From the NCBI RefSeq assembly GCF_006345805.1, contig NC_043010.1, positions 47,306,001-47,370,000 on the forward strand: DNA of 64,000 nucleotides, read 5' to 3'. This document shows positions 51,121 to 64,000 of this stretch, piece after piece. The DNA is from Octopus sinensis. Lineage: Eukaryota. Under the pieces are notes generated by a model. It ran no database searches and was not told the DNA's origin. It was given only the letters and a program-made list of their open reading frames with translations. A program made the translations under genes and the position numbers. How positions within the stretch are numbered: position 1 is the first letter of the stretch; each line of letters opens with the position of its first letter.

Positions 51121-53012
51121 CATGGTTTTGTTTTTATGTTTTCGTTTCTCATTGTGTTCGACGTTTTTTTGGTGTACTGTACCCATATATGCATGTATAT
51201 GTACATATAGATGTAGGTACGTACATATATGTATATATATATATGCATATGTTTTATTTATTATTTTGTTATTATATATATATATATATAGGACTATGTT
51301 TTCCAGTCTGTCTTTTTAAGATGGAGAGTTCTGATTTCAGGGAAATTTGACTGCTGTATCCACCAAGTTGCATGCCCATGAGAGAATCTTCCTTTGTTGG
51401 CTCTATGAAAATTTGTTGAGAAACTAAACAATGATAAAATATATTCTAAATCTGATAATCCCAGTAGCATATCAGGAAATACATTATTCAATATAGCTTT
51501 ATTTATTATATATTGTAATATGTGTTTTGGTTGCTATTTTCTACAGATTGAATGGCCACTTGTTGGTTACTTATTAAAAAAAAATATGCAAATGACCAAT
51601 AGTGTTCTTTTCATTTGTCCGATTTATACTTTCTTTCATATCTTTTTTCATGAGGTGATTGAACTGCAAGCAGGCTTAGCAGTTCATTACTTCTTTGAAG
51701 TTGTTGCATTTAGATATGATCTCAGTTTTATCTTAGGGTAGGTGAGGTTTTTTTTCAGCCCTATATATATACATATAAATCATCATTATAATTAGATTGC
51801 GCTGTCATTGTATACAAGTCTTGCATTGTCAGATAATAAGTAACTCAAAACCTTATTCAGCTACTCTATTAATGGTATTTAAATTAAATACGAGTTATTC
51901 CTGTGATTTTATTTGTTCATCTTCAGATTAACAGCAACAGCCTACGAGCTAAAAAAGGTTGATGACAGTCTCCTCAGTGGTAGAGATTACATTATGGCCC
52001 AGCTAACCTAACTGTAAATAAATTCACCACTAAACAATAATGCTGGTGCCTTATGAGCGAAAGAAGGCACTTCTACATGAATGCTCAAAATTCAAGAAAT
52101 AGCAACCATATCTCCCTCAAATTACATGAAACCATATCCAAAAGGAAGGAAATATGATTTGTAACAGCATTTGAATATTTTATAGACTTTAGACAGACAC
52201 ACAAACACATTATGTTGATCTCAGCAGCATTTGAACTCGGAAAGTAAAGACGGATGAAATGCTACAAAGCATTTTGCTTGGCATGCTAATAATTCTGCCA
52301 GCATACAATAATGCAAAGACACACAGCTAGACCAATGATGCAATTAGTTCTTCTGGGTGTTCAAATGGCTCGTGTTATGTTACGCTTTGCTAAAGAAAAC
52401 CAACTTTTGTTATGTAAACTATATTATACTGAGAGATTTGACACATTGAGTTGGAAAACTTTGGTTAGCTAAGGTTATCTATGTAATTGATAGACAAAAA
52501 CTTCACCTAAGAAGTGTTAAAAATCTAAAATTAGTAATTAAAGGAAATAACTTCAAAATCAACCACTCAAATTTATGGAAAATAAAGATGTAAGAGCCAA
52601 AATGGGAATGGCTCTTACAATAGGTTAAGATTTAACAAAGTTTGGTTCACAGTAATGTCTGTAGCAAGAATCTGTTGGAATGTCTTCATTACAGACAGAA
52701 TCATGTCATGCTAGAAAGAATCACTTGTTATTATTATTTAGTCAAGGTCAGCTCTGATCCGGTATGCAAAATGATCAAAAGCATTCCACCCATGGCTGTC
52801 TTGCTTTTAAAGGGCATATGGGAGTACATTTTCTAATGCAACCTTTTGTTATTTAAGATGGTGGAATATGAGTTGAGATAGATTTAGCTGCTATTTCTAG
52901 CAAATTGAGAAACCATGTAGAGGCTCCTCCTTGATACCTCTATGTAGGTGCGATGCACTGTCAATGCTTGTGAAAATTTATGAACTGATGAATATGATAT
53001 CATATAAGTTAA

Positions 53013-53627
53013 CCCGTTAGCATTAAGATTACTTTGTCAAATGTAATGTTTATTTCTTCACATCGATCTCTCATTGTGGAGGGAACATGTGGAAGGGGCA
53101 GACCCAGGTAGACATGGAACAAAGTGGTGAGAAAGGATCTTCAGATGTTGGGCCTCACAGGTGGGGATGACAGGATCCTTGCATACAGGTATGTCCCCTG
53201 TATCCCTCTACAGCTGGGTATTCGTAATCTTGCAGGCTTGTAGGTGCTGGTGCAACACAAATGCACCCATGTCAGTGCTGCATAACAGTACCCAGTACAC
53301 TCTGTAAAGTGGTTGGTGTTCGGAAGAGCATCCAGTCATAAAAACCAAGCCAAAATAGACATGGAGCTGGGGCAGTTCTTCAGATGGCCCACTCATGTCA
53401 AACTGTCCAACCAGCATGGAAAGCAAACATTAAATAATGATGATGATGATGATGATTGTTTTGAAATAAACATGCATTTATTTCGTAGCTTCAAGATTTT
53501 AACGATGCGATTGTTTATTTTTTAGAACAACATTGTAAGATAGATGTGAGAGGTTATATGTGGTCAGTTTGAACAAAAGACAGGCAGAACTTTTTTGCCT
53601 GATGTGGCCAGTTCAAATGTGAAAGGG
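53013..53627. mobile_element. piggyBac-like MITE with a nested RTE-tail insertion
   Basis: TTAA|CCCgTTAGCATT ... aatgtgAAAGGG|TTAA termini, interrupted at about 53075-53457. Uninterrupted relatives lie at 22526-22709 and 59283-59492; a different CCCTTT..AAAGGG element is at 15038-15253. Confidence 0.7.
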
Positions 53628-53685
53628 TTAATGTCTAAAAATAAACTTATGGGAAGTTATGCTGCAAAGTATTTATTAGTTCTAA

Positions 53686-54197
53686 GAGAGGCAGAATTCT
53701 GGTTTATGCATTCTATATAACCCTTCATAACTTCCCTATTTTTTTGAATTTTCAGAAAATGTTTGTGAATTTGTGTTTTACGCATGGGAAATCATACGAC
53801 TAAGCTAAAACCAGAATTGAAAAAAAAAAAAAATTTGTGATTTAAGGTGTATTTAGCTGTTATTTTTAGCACATCTCACAGCCATCTCATACTGTTCTTG
53901 TTTGTTTGTCACTGACGCTTTGATGTTTTTCAATATCCTTCTCCCCATAAATACATTTAATGGTCTATAGCTGAGATTTAAACCAAAAATTCAGACTATG
54001 TATTTTTAACTGTGATTTAAAAACAAAAGAGTTTGAAAATTTTTTTTTTAAATCTCAAAAAAGTAAAAAACATTTCTTTTTCATAATCATATGAATTCCC
54101 ATGTGTAGAACACAAATTCACATACATTTTCTAAAAATTCTAAAAAGCGAAAAATTTACAAGAGGGTTATATGGGGTACATAAAGTACAATTCCACC
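53686..54197. mobile_element. Kolobok-like MITE with about 110-bp imperfect TIRs
   Basis: 53690-53800 is an imperfect reverse complement of 54085-54197. The right end is CCACC|TTAA; the left TTAA is degenerate. Confidence 0.5.
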
Positions 54198-54856
54198 TTA
54201 AGGAGAGGAGGTAATATCCAAACCATTTATTGCATATATTTTGTTTCAATGAAAAATTTCATTTTCTTTTTTTTTTTTTTAATTAATAAATAAAAAATAA
54301 AGAGTCATGGAGATATAAATATCCACTGAACACTTGAGAATAAACAAAAAAACTATTCCCTCGCCCCAAAAAAAAAAAACCAAATAATTATTACATATGT
54401 CTTTTAAAATAGTAATTTTCAAAATGTTCAGTTTATTTGAAAATGCTAGTATAAGAAAAAAAAATATGTAAAAATGAGAGAGGTGGCTATTTTAAAGATT
54501 GAACATTTTTTTTAGTTCACGAAGCACTATGCAATTTTTAAAACTTGAAGGATTTCTTGTATGGACAAGATATGTTCAGGCATTGTTCAGAAAATAAATG
54601 AATAAATATGTCTACACAGGATCAGTTTTCCATTTTTTTCTTTCCTTTTTTTTTTATTATTTGCATTTTTTTGTTTGTTTTTCTAAATCAGTGCCAAAGT
54701 CTGAAAGCAGTAATTCAGAAGAATTTCGATTGCTGTTCACAACCAACAAATGCACAAAAAGAGTTCTTTCGACTGCTCTAAAATTATTTATTTAAAATCA
54801 TTATGTATATATATATATATACACACACAAACATATGTACCCATATACATATGTGT

Positions 54857-54907
<51 letters not shown>

Positions 54908-55850
54908 CATATCCATCCATATATATATATATATAGCTACACACACACACAAACACATGCACATATATACACATATATAGCTATACATCCACACACACAT
55001 ATATATACATAGCTATACCCACACATACCTGCATGTCTGTGTGCATGCATCGAATATGTGTGTGTGTGTGTATGTGTCTATATATATAAATTTATGCATA
55101 CTCCTAAATATATATATTCACATACGTTATATATAAAGAGAGTGGATCCATGTAAATGAAAGTATTTTTTTTATAAAAATAAGATGAGTTTATGCAATCT
55201 TGATGAACAATATATTTTTTGTTTTAGCAAATTCTAATGGTTTGCAAAAAGAACTTTCAAAGTAGATTTTGAAGTTTGAATATATAAACTCAACCGATTT
55301 TCGTTTTTCTTCTTTTCACTGACTCACGATGCACACATGTATACGTTCATTTACAGAAAATCATAAAGAAACACATACAGCTTCACAGTCATCCAGTGTT
55401 TGCATTCTATAGAATTATATGTACAGAAACACGTGTATTATATACCTCTTTAGTGAACTCATATTTGTGAAGAATATAGGAGATCTTGCTGAAAAATTCA
55501 CACACTAATTTGTATGCGCACTCACACACACACACACACACTGGCATGCATGTACACACACATACACACACACACAAATATATATTGTGAAAATAATGCA
55601 AGATTAAAAGGAAGTAGTTACTTTAACAGAAGATAGGACTTTGTGGCTATTATTTAGTTGGTATGTCAAATTTTTTGGAAACCATAACCCCATGTTCTTC
55701 TAATGTTCCTCATATCTCCAAAAAGTCCTTTCTTTGTACCGATGTATATGTTTGTGTGTATGTGTGTGTAGCTTCATTCCATGAATTTTTTTTTTCCGTT
55801 TGTTTTAGATGATATGATAAACACCTTGTTTTTTGTTTTTTTTAAAGATG

Positions 55851-55934
55851 TCACTGGCTCTGTTGTTCAAGCTGCAGTTTTCGATTCTCTCGTGAGAGAC
55901 GAGATATTTCCTTACCCAGTGTATCAAGGCTGTC
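55851..55934 (-). CDS. CCDC186: CCDC186 last coding exon
   Basis: Acceptor tctctctctttttctccacAG, phase 0, continuing the previous exon. It encodes DSLDTLGKEISRLSRENRKLQLEQQSQ-stop (TGA 55853-55851), similar to CCDC186 ENLQTLGTEIERL. No upstream CCDC186 exons were found in the window. Confidence 0.9.
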   Translation of the reverse strand, partial: DSLDTLGKEISRLSRENRKLQLEQQSQ

Positions 55935-56204
55935 CTGTGGAGAAAAAGAGAGAGAGACATATAAAAGTAATTATTATAGAAAAATAAAATATAGATTTTC
56001 TTTTTATTGTGATTATTTAGCTTTCAATTGTTTTAGCCATTGGACTGAAGCCATGCTGGAGCACCACCTGGGATAGTTTAGTCAAACAAATCAGCCCAAT
56101 ACTTATTCTGTTAGTCTCTTTTGCCAAACTGCTAAGTTACAGGAATGTAAACAAACCAACACCAGTTATCAAACAGTAGCGAGAGACAAACACAACACAC
56201 ACAC

Positions 56205-56248
<44 letters not shown>

Positions 56249-56250
<2 letters not shown>

Positions 56251-57145
56251 CAACATTGTAAATAGTGATCTTAAACTGAGCCCAAGTTCCATCAAATTCT
56301 GCTTCTCCAATAGCATTTCTAAGATTCGCTTTCACCTTAGAGTCCCTTAATTTCAACACATAAATACATTTAGGGACTTTTATTCCTCCAGATCTTATTC
56401 TATGCATGATGCGGAGTTTCAGTTTACCATGTAAGAGCATATGGTCAGTCCCACATTCTGCACCTCACAACTTGGACAGTGCAAACATCTGGAAGGTCTC
56501 ATTTCCTGGTGATAAAATAATCAAGAATATGCCCATGTTTAGATCTTGGGTGCATCCAGGTAGCTTTATGGATATCCTTCTGATGAAAAACAGTGTTGTA
56601 GATGATGAGATCAAGTTCAGTGCAGAGCTGAAGAAGACGGAGACCATTAGCATTCATTTTGCCCAAACCATGTCTCCCTAGTGCATCCCAGGTCTCATAA
56701 TCGCATCCAACACGGGCATTGAAATCGCCAAAAAGGAGGATCTTATCTGCATTTGGAATCAAAATCATAACTGATCTGAGATCTTCATAGAAATCTATAA
56801 TAGATTCACTGCTGCTATCAAGAGTAAGAGCATAAACAGAGATAACAGTCTTAAAACGATTGCATGATAGAGGAGCTTGAAGATACATAATCCTATCACT
56901 GAAATCATTAGATTGCTCTATTTTGTGGGTTAACTCGGTATGAATGGCAAAGCCAGCACCTCCTACTCGTTTTTCACCCTTTGGTTTACCCTTCCAAAAG
57001 AAAGTGTATCCAGCACCTGTTTCTGTCAATTGATCTTCACCTCTCAACCGAGTTTCAGAGAGTGCAACAATGTCGATGTTATACAGAACCAACTCCTTGT
57101 CTATTATGCCAGTTCACTGTTCAGGGTTACTTGACCCTCTAACAG
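56249..57145 (-). mobile_element. RTE-BovB-type LINE fragment (APE endonuclease) in the last intron of CCDC186
   Basis: A 197-codon open stretch reads YNIDIVALSETRL..GYTFFWKG..GFAI..ISVYALT..LFGDFNARVG..NGLRLL..TWMHPRSKHGHILDYFITR. Disrupted continuation follows, ending at a (TA)n tract. Confidence 0.92.
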
Positions 57146-57233
57146 AAAGCAAAATATTTCAATAAAAATGTACCCTGATAAGCACAAAACAAAAGAATTC
57201 ATTAATGTAGCTTTGTTTTCCTTATATTCTTTA

Positions 57234-57431
<198 letters not shown>

Positions 57432-60400
57432 TCAACAAAGAGGAGAAGTGATAAAGAAAAGAGTTAATGAGAGAAAAATAGTAAAAGAGATAGATAGAAA
57501 AGAAAGCAATTTGTAAATATTAAAAAATAAGAAAACGTGAGAAAAAAGCAACCAGAAATTCTTGACCAATGTAAAAGCCACCTTATAAATGATTTTGAGA
57601 CATGAAAATAATGCTATGTTAAATAAGAATTGAAAATTGGTAGTGGTAAATAAAGAGCAAAGAGGAAAATCAGTTTTGAGAGCAAGCATGCACAAAGAAC
57701 ACAATTAAAAGTTGGACTAGGAGAGTTATGAAAGCAGAAGCATGCATAAAATCATTTCCCTTAAACCATTAATTAGATTTTATTTCTTGTAATTCTGAAA
57801 GAAATATGAGATTTAAAAGCGAGAAGAATTAGATGAACAAAGCCTGGTTAATTTCTTTCACTCCTAATGGAAAAAAAATATCTGACCCGACACAAATCAA
57901 AAATATTAATTCCAGATATGAGATAAAGAGAAAGGTATAAGTAATATGTTGTAGAGAGTGCTAGGAGGCAAAATCTGTGAATATTTCAAGGTCTAGAGAA
58001 TAGAAGGGAGCTGACAAACCTTCAGTTGTGATACTTGGTCATAAAATCGATTCTGAGAGGGCTACAGGAAGAAAAATACAAAGTATCATAACAGTAAGAA
58101 AATATCTGCCTTCAAGATGAGACAAGTGACAGAAAGCTAACTGAGAGTTATGAATGGTTGTTTAGTTTACTTTCAGAGGAATTCTACTTCTGAAACAAAA
58201 TAACACTTATAATGAGAATATCATTTTATTATTTATGTATCAACTTCTGCCAAGCAGGTCAAGTTATAACTTCTTTATACTTTTTATTAACCCTTAAAGA
58301 AGTTATAGTGTGAAATCTTGAAAAAGTTATATCTCCTATGTATATCAATAGATATTAGCCAGATAAGTGTTTTATGAAAGATTGAGAAATGATAGGACAC
58401 AAGAGAAATACACTTGAAAGAGCAAATGTAAAACTATCAGAAAACTCAGAGCGACTGAATGATCAATATGCATCAAGAAAAGCCAATATCTATAAACCAT
58501 TTTCACCAACAGTGAAATGCTACATTAGTTCTCTTTGGACAATTCATTGACATTTCACTGTCTTATGCAATCATATGACACAAATTAAAGAAAATATGAC
58601 TAAGTAAGGGCAATAAGACTGTTAAAAGATTTAAGAACCTTCAAACTGTGAGAAGAAATCATGACAATGATGACAGAAAATAGAGCAAACGAAAGCTCTG
58701 CTGGTTCCCAAGATTTCCTAATCAAAACATAAACTGGTCGATTATTAGGGAACAACCCAAGTTTTTAATAAGAACAGATGTATAAAATCCTTTGGATTAA
58801 TTATTAGAACACTGCTGATAATCCATCCTTATGTACTTTACATAGAACATATAAATCTAGCATATCTCTCAAAACTAAACTCATGAAAAATCTTGACAGC
58901 ATCATTCTACACTCTGAGTTCAAATCCTACCAAGAATGAGTTTGCCTTTCATCATTTGGATACAATAACTAAATACCAGTGCCGGTGGCACGTAAAAGCA
59001 CCATCCGTTCGTGGCCGTTTGCCAGCTCCGTCTGGCAACTGTGCGGGTGGCACGTAAAAGGCACCCACTACACTCACGGAGTGGTTGGCGTTAGGAAGGG
59101 CATCCAGCCGTAGAAACACTGCCAGATCTGACTGGGCCTGATGTGGCCTTCCGGCTTCACAGACCCCAGTTGAACCATCCAACCCATGCTAGCATGGAAA
59201 ACGGACGCTAAATGATGATGATAATAAAGTTAAACCAACATAATACTCTGGACTTTTCTATATTAGCTTTGTTCTCTGTTAACCCTTTAGTATTCAGATT
59301 TCTTTGTCAAATGTATTGCTTATTTATTCACATTGTTTTGAAATAAACACACATTATCTTGTAGCTTCAAGATTTCAGTAGTGTGTTTGTATATTTTAAG
59401 AATGACAGTGTAGTATAGGTGTGAGAAGTTGGATCAGGTCAGTTATAACATTAAACATGTAGAATATTTGAGCCGGATTAAATGCTAAAGAATTAAAGAA
59501 TCAGTATCAGAGTCAGTAAATCTTTCTCATAAACTCTGTGTGTTTTTTTCATTTGATATTCTTTTATTCTTTTACTTGTTTCAGTCATTTGACAACGACC
59601 ATGCTGGAGCACTGCCTTTAGTCAAACGAATCAACCCCAGGACTTATTCTTTGTAAGCCTAGTACTTATTCTATTGGTCTCTTGTCAAACCACTATGTTA
59701 TGGGGATGTAAACATACCAACATCCATCGGTTGCCAAGCGATGGTGGGGGAACAAACACAGAGACACAAACATATACATATGACAGGCTTCTTTCAGTTT
59801 CTATCAACCAAATCCATTCACAAGGCTTTGGTTGGACTGAGGCTATAGTAGTAGACACTTGTCCAAGGTACTACACAGTGGAATTGATGCTTCTTTTAAT
59901 GCTTGCAAATAACTGGATAATTATGAAAATTCTGATATTTACAAGAACTACTAAGAGAAGGTGTTTTCTAAGTGAACGTTTTACATAATACTTTTTACTT
60001 CTGAACTAGGAATTAGAATTGGTAGCCATTTCTGAATTTGGCAAATAAACTGAAGCAAAAATTACAAGACAACACCAGTACATGGTTCAATTTAACATTG
60101 CATCATAATGACTTGATCACAGAAAGGGACAACATTATCATAATTTTTATTCTGTTATCATATATCCAAGCATTTAATAATATTGGCTTTCTCTTTTCAA
60201 AGGAGATCATTTGAGAGAAATACCTAATTGGAACTAAATCTATTTTTCTATGTCTCAACATTTAAGTAAACTATATCATTAACCAATAAGAGTAATATTA
60301 ATATGAATTATATTTGAACACTTTGTATTTTGAGATAAATTGTTGCTAAGGTTGACTTATCCTTTCAAAAATTTAATTGAAAAAAAAGGTATAAAGAAAT

Positions 60401-63400
60401 TACCAATGTTAAATGCACCAAAGTGATTAAAAATTGTACAATATTTAGCTTCTGCTTATGTGTTAATCTAGTACATAATCTTCCTTTTTAGGATGCAAAT
60501 TGTAATTATTTTGGTCATGTACAAATGGTACTTTTGTAAGTCAAGAATACTAATGAGATTAAACTATATAATGAAGACTTGAATGACTCTCTAGAAATAA
60601 GTTTCAATCAGGGCAAGACACCAAAAGAAAGTAACTTTTTTTTTATAGACATTAATTGACAAAGTCACTTGAGTAAGTTTCTTAGCCTTATGTACATTAA
60701 GTAAACAAATATACTTCTCAAGATAACAATCTCAAGAAACCCATGCATCAAATTCAACACAAAGGAACATTTGAATTCCCTAAAATATAAGGAGGCAACA
60801 GCTGTGAATTAAACAAGACTTTAGTTAATAAGGGGCTTTTTTTCAATAGATACATTAACATAAAATCTAGGAAGTTCATGCACTCTAAGATAAAACAGCC
60901 AACTTACCAACAAAACAAAAGAAGCTTGTAGTCAACAAAGATTATCAACAAAAATCATGCTATATTCTAAAGAAACTTTCAATACAAAACACAACATGCA
61001 AGAATCACAAGGACCAAATAATAATATATTTTGATCAGGCCAATCTAATTTTCCTAAGAGAGATGTACAATCAACTGAATCAGCCTTCAATATATTACTT
61101 GTACCTATTTTATCAAACCTAAGTAGAAGAAAAGCAAAATTAACTTTGGTATGACTTGAACTCCAGGTGTAAAAGAATGGAACTAGATATATTAGAGTGG
61201 TAAGTCAAGTACTCTACATTTCCAACAAACTAAAAAAATATTTAATACAAAATTTTAACTAACTTAACATAAAGACACTAAGAAGTTGACAAATATGCTA
61301 CCAGTGACTAATGTAATAAACATATTGGTTCAAAGTAAAAAAAAAAATGAAAGTTGACTTTTATCTTGCAATAATTACAGTGTTCACACATTTTACTCAA
61401 ACACTAATACTGAAGGGGCAAAATACAACATAAAAAAAAATCAATGGAAATATATTATAAACAGACAGGTATCATCAAAGACAATACGCGAATAAAAAAT
61501 ATTCAAAGAATTTACCAACTCACACTCTTATATAACTCATCATACTATTTTCTTTAGCCAATTAATGAAAATGTTTCTCATTAAAACCTCACCTCAAGCT
61601 AACACTCCAGTGTTGCAAACCTTAGCGATAAAGTCACATGACATTGAAAGATCAATTTAATTACAACTTGAGAAAATCCATTATTCTAATTATACTAAAC
61701 AATATCTTAGTCTATAGTTCAAGATACAAAAATGCAAAGTACCTACAATAACAAAAGCTTAAATAACAGAAAATATATTTTCTGTACCACAAAATATCAG
61801 TACCACAGTACCACAAAATATACATGGAGAATAAAATCAAATAAATATATCCAACACTAGAGTTGGCATGTATTATTTTGAAATAAACAGAGTGAACAAA
61901 AATTTCAGTGAATATGACAGACTTTACTATCTTATTTACATATTGTTGGACTAACAAGCGTTTATAACTACAGAAGATCATAAACCTTCTCTAAAATTTT
62001 AGCAGCTAACATCCCCAAGGGTAATACAATCAATAATGTAAAGGCAATGAACTAAACAGCAAAACAGAAGTTATTTGAAAAGTAAATAAATAAAAACCTG
62101 AAATTACGTAAGGGCAAAAAATAAATAAATAAAAAATGAAGTGCTTGCTATAATAAAATAAAAGAGAAGAAAGGGAAGAAGCAATGACAAACCACACTGG
62201 AAATAACATATAATCTCACATAGTTTCCAAATTAACCTAGAAAAATGTCAGGATGAACCTGCTTAAAATCCGCTGCTGTATTTACTTCAAAGGAATGCAA
62301 ACGTTTTTGATACAGCAATAACAATTTTGTTATAAAATATTTTAGTTGTTTAAGACAGAAAGAATGGGAGAGGATTATTTAGAGCTACATTTTGCTGAGC
62401 ATGATATCTGTTGTATTGTATTTTTGTCACAAGACAGCTTGAGACTGAATATTGAGCTTCAGTGATTTTTTTTGCTTATTTTTTTTATAATACTATCTTA
62501 TCTTTTACTTGCTTTAGTCATTAGACAGCAGCCTTGCTGGGGAACTGCTTTGGTGAATTTTTAGCCAAATGAACTGACGCCAGTACTTATTAATTTTTTA
62601 AAGCCTGGTACTTAATCTTTCAGGCTCTTTTGCCAAACCACTAAGTGATAGGGATGTAAACACACCAACACCAGTTGTCAAGCAGTGGTGGGGGACAAAC
62701 ACAGACCTGCATACACAATCACACACACACATAAACGTAGATGTTCTGTTAGAACAAACTATACTGCAGTAGATACTATGAGAAAAATTCTTATATTGGC
62801 TTTTGGTGCAAAATGCACTTTTAATTCCTGCCACCTCCAGCACTGAAACCACAGATCATCTCTGTTTAAGTGGGGATAAATATAACTTTTGGTCCACAGA
62901 TGTGCTGTTTCCTATCTTGATTTATTATATTAAACCAACACTGGCTTCCACTCCTCAAAATTAATTGCTTAACATCTCTGCAAAAGTCCAAACAATATAC
63001 TGATTTCTCATCTCATTCCTCCATTCCACATCTCACTCACACCTTTCAGGCTTTCTGTTAATTACTTTGTCCAAATCTCAACCTGCAATTGTCTAAGTTT
63101 AATACCAACCGTATCAATATCATTAGTCACAGTGTGTCTCCTTTTAACTAACCCATTGCAAAAGATAAACAGTTAATATTTTCACTCTAATCACTTAGTG
63201 GAGAGCTATAAAAATCAGCAATGAAAGAAGAAATTTGTATTGTGATGAAACTCAAAAATTCCAAGGAAGACACAAAAAATTTTCAGCATAAGCCTATTAT
63301 ATAAAGAAATGAATGAATTTGTGTTCCATTCTCAGTTTTATTGTATAAATATTTATCTTGCTTTTTTTTACTCTTCAAAATCAACTGTAATAGTTGTTGG

Positions 63401-63829
63401 TGACATGCAAACATAACAGTGCTGATAAAGGAGACAAAATTATTGCAGCAACAGAAACAAGCATGCATATATATATACATTATCAGTCAGACACATTTGC
63501 ATGTTGTTCATTTGTGTGTGCATGTGTGTCTGTGTATGTGTGTGTGTGTGCATGTGTGTCTGTGTGTGTGTGTGTGTGTGTACATATATATATTATCTGA
63601 TGAAATGGACGTACTACACACCCAGGACAGTTTAAGTCATATGGCACTGAATCAAACTATTATTAAAAATATATGCAGTTCCTACCAAACTAATGCCACT
63701 TTCTTTCATTTGTCCACTCATTCAGTCATTTACACACACATTTCCATTGGTAAAAATGAACTCAGTATAAAAGTAGAGTGCAATAATTTATTTAGGCAAC
63801 CCCATTGGCCCAATACTTTGGAGCTTTCC

Positions 63830-64000
63830 TTATGTGGTTCTACCTCAATGCCATACCAACCGCCCTCACACCATCTTGCCCTGTTTTGGGCATCCTCCCT
63901 TTTGAAGCCAACCCTCCCAATCTCTTCCTCCACATTTTCCTCAGTCCATCTCACTTTTGTAGTCCATTTACCTAAAAATCAAGCACCTTCCTCAGAACAT
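63830..64000 (-). mobile_element. RTE LINE 3' fragment
   Basis: WTEENVEEEIGRVGFKREDAQNRARW, typical of the RTE C-terminus. Confidence 0.65.

Overview
This is AT-rich, microsatellite-dense, intron-rich animal DNA. The repeat complement (tRNA-derived CORE-type SINEs resembling octopus OR-type SINEs, Meta-domain SINEs, RTE LINE tails ending in (ATG)n) points to an octopus/coleoid genome; this is an inference. One gene is confidently identified: the last two coding exons of CCDC186 on the - strand (57249-57398 and 55851-55934). A second, unidentified - strand transcription unit appears to start near 43.5 kb. It has a first coding exon at 43301-43482, a possible alternative first exon at 32993-33207, and only tentative downstream exons. 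The rest is mostly decayed SINEs, RTE/Tx1/CR1-type LINE pieces, Tc1/mariner remnants, hAT/piggyBac/Kolobok-like MITEs and a non-autonomous Helitron. The most striking signal is a set of hammerhead-ribozyme (HHR) motifs in five unrelated sequence contexts. One is a structurally complete canonical type I HHR at 44924-45015. Several others are minimal HHRs with palindromic or near-palindromic stem III, most enclosed by long or perfect inverted repeats (16.7, 38.4, 40.4 kb), plus one without such arms (24.1 kb). This fits Penelope-like or retrozyme-like elements. All folding and alignment was done by eye, and coordinates of decayed repeats are approximate.
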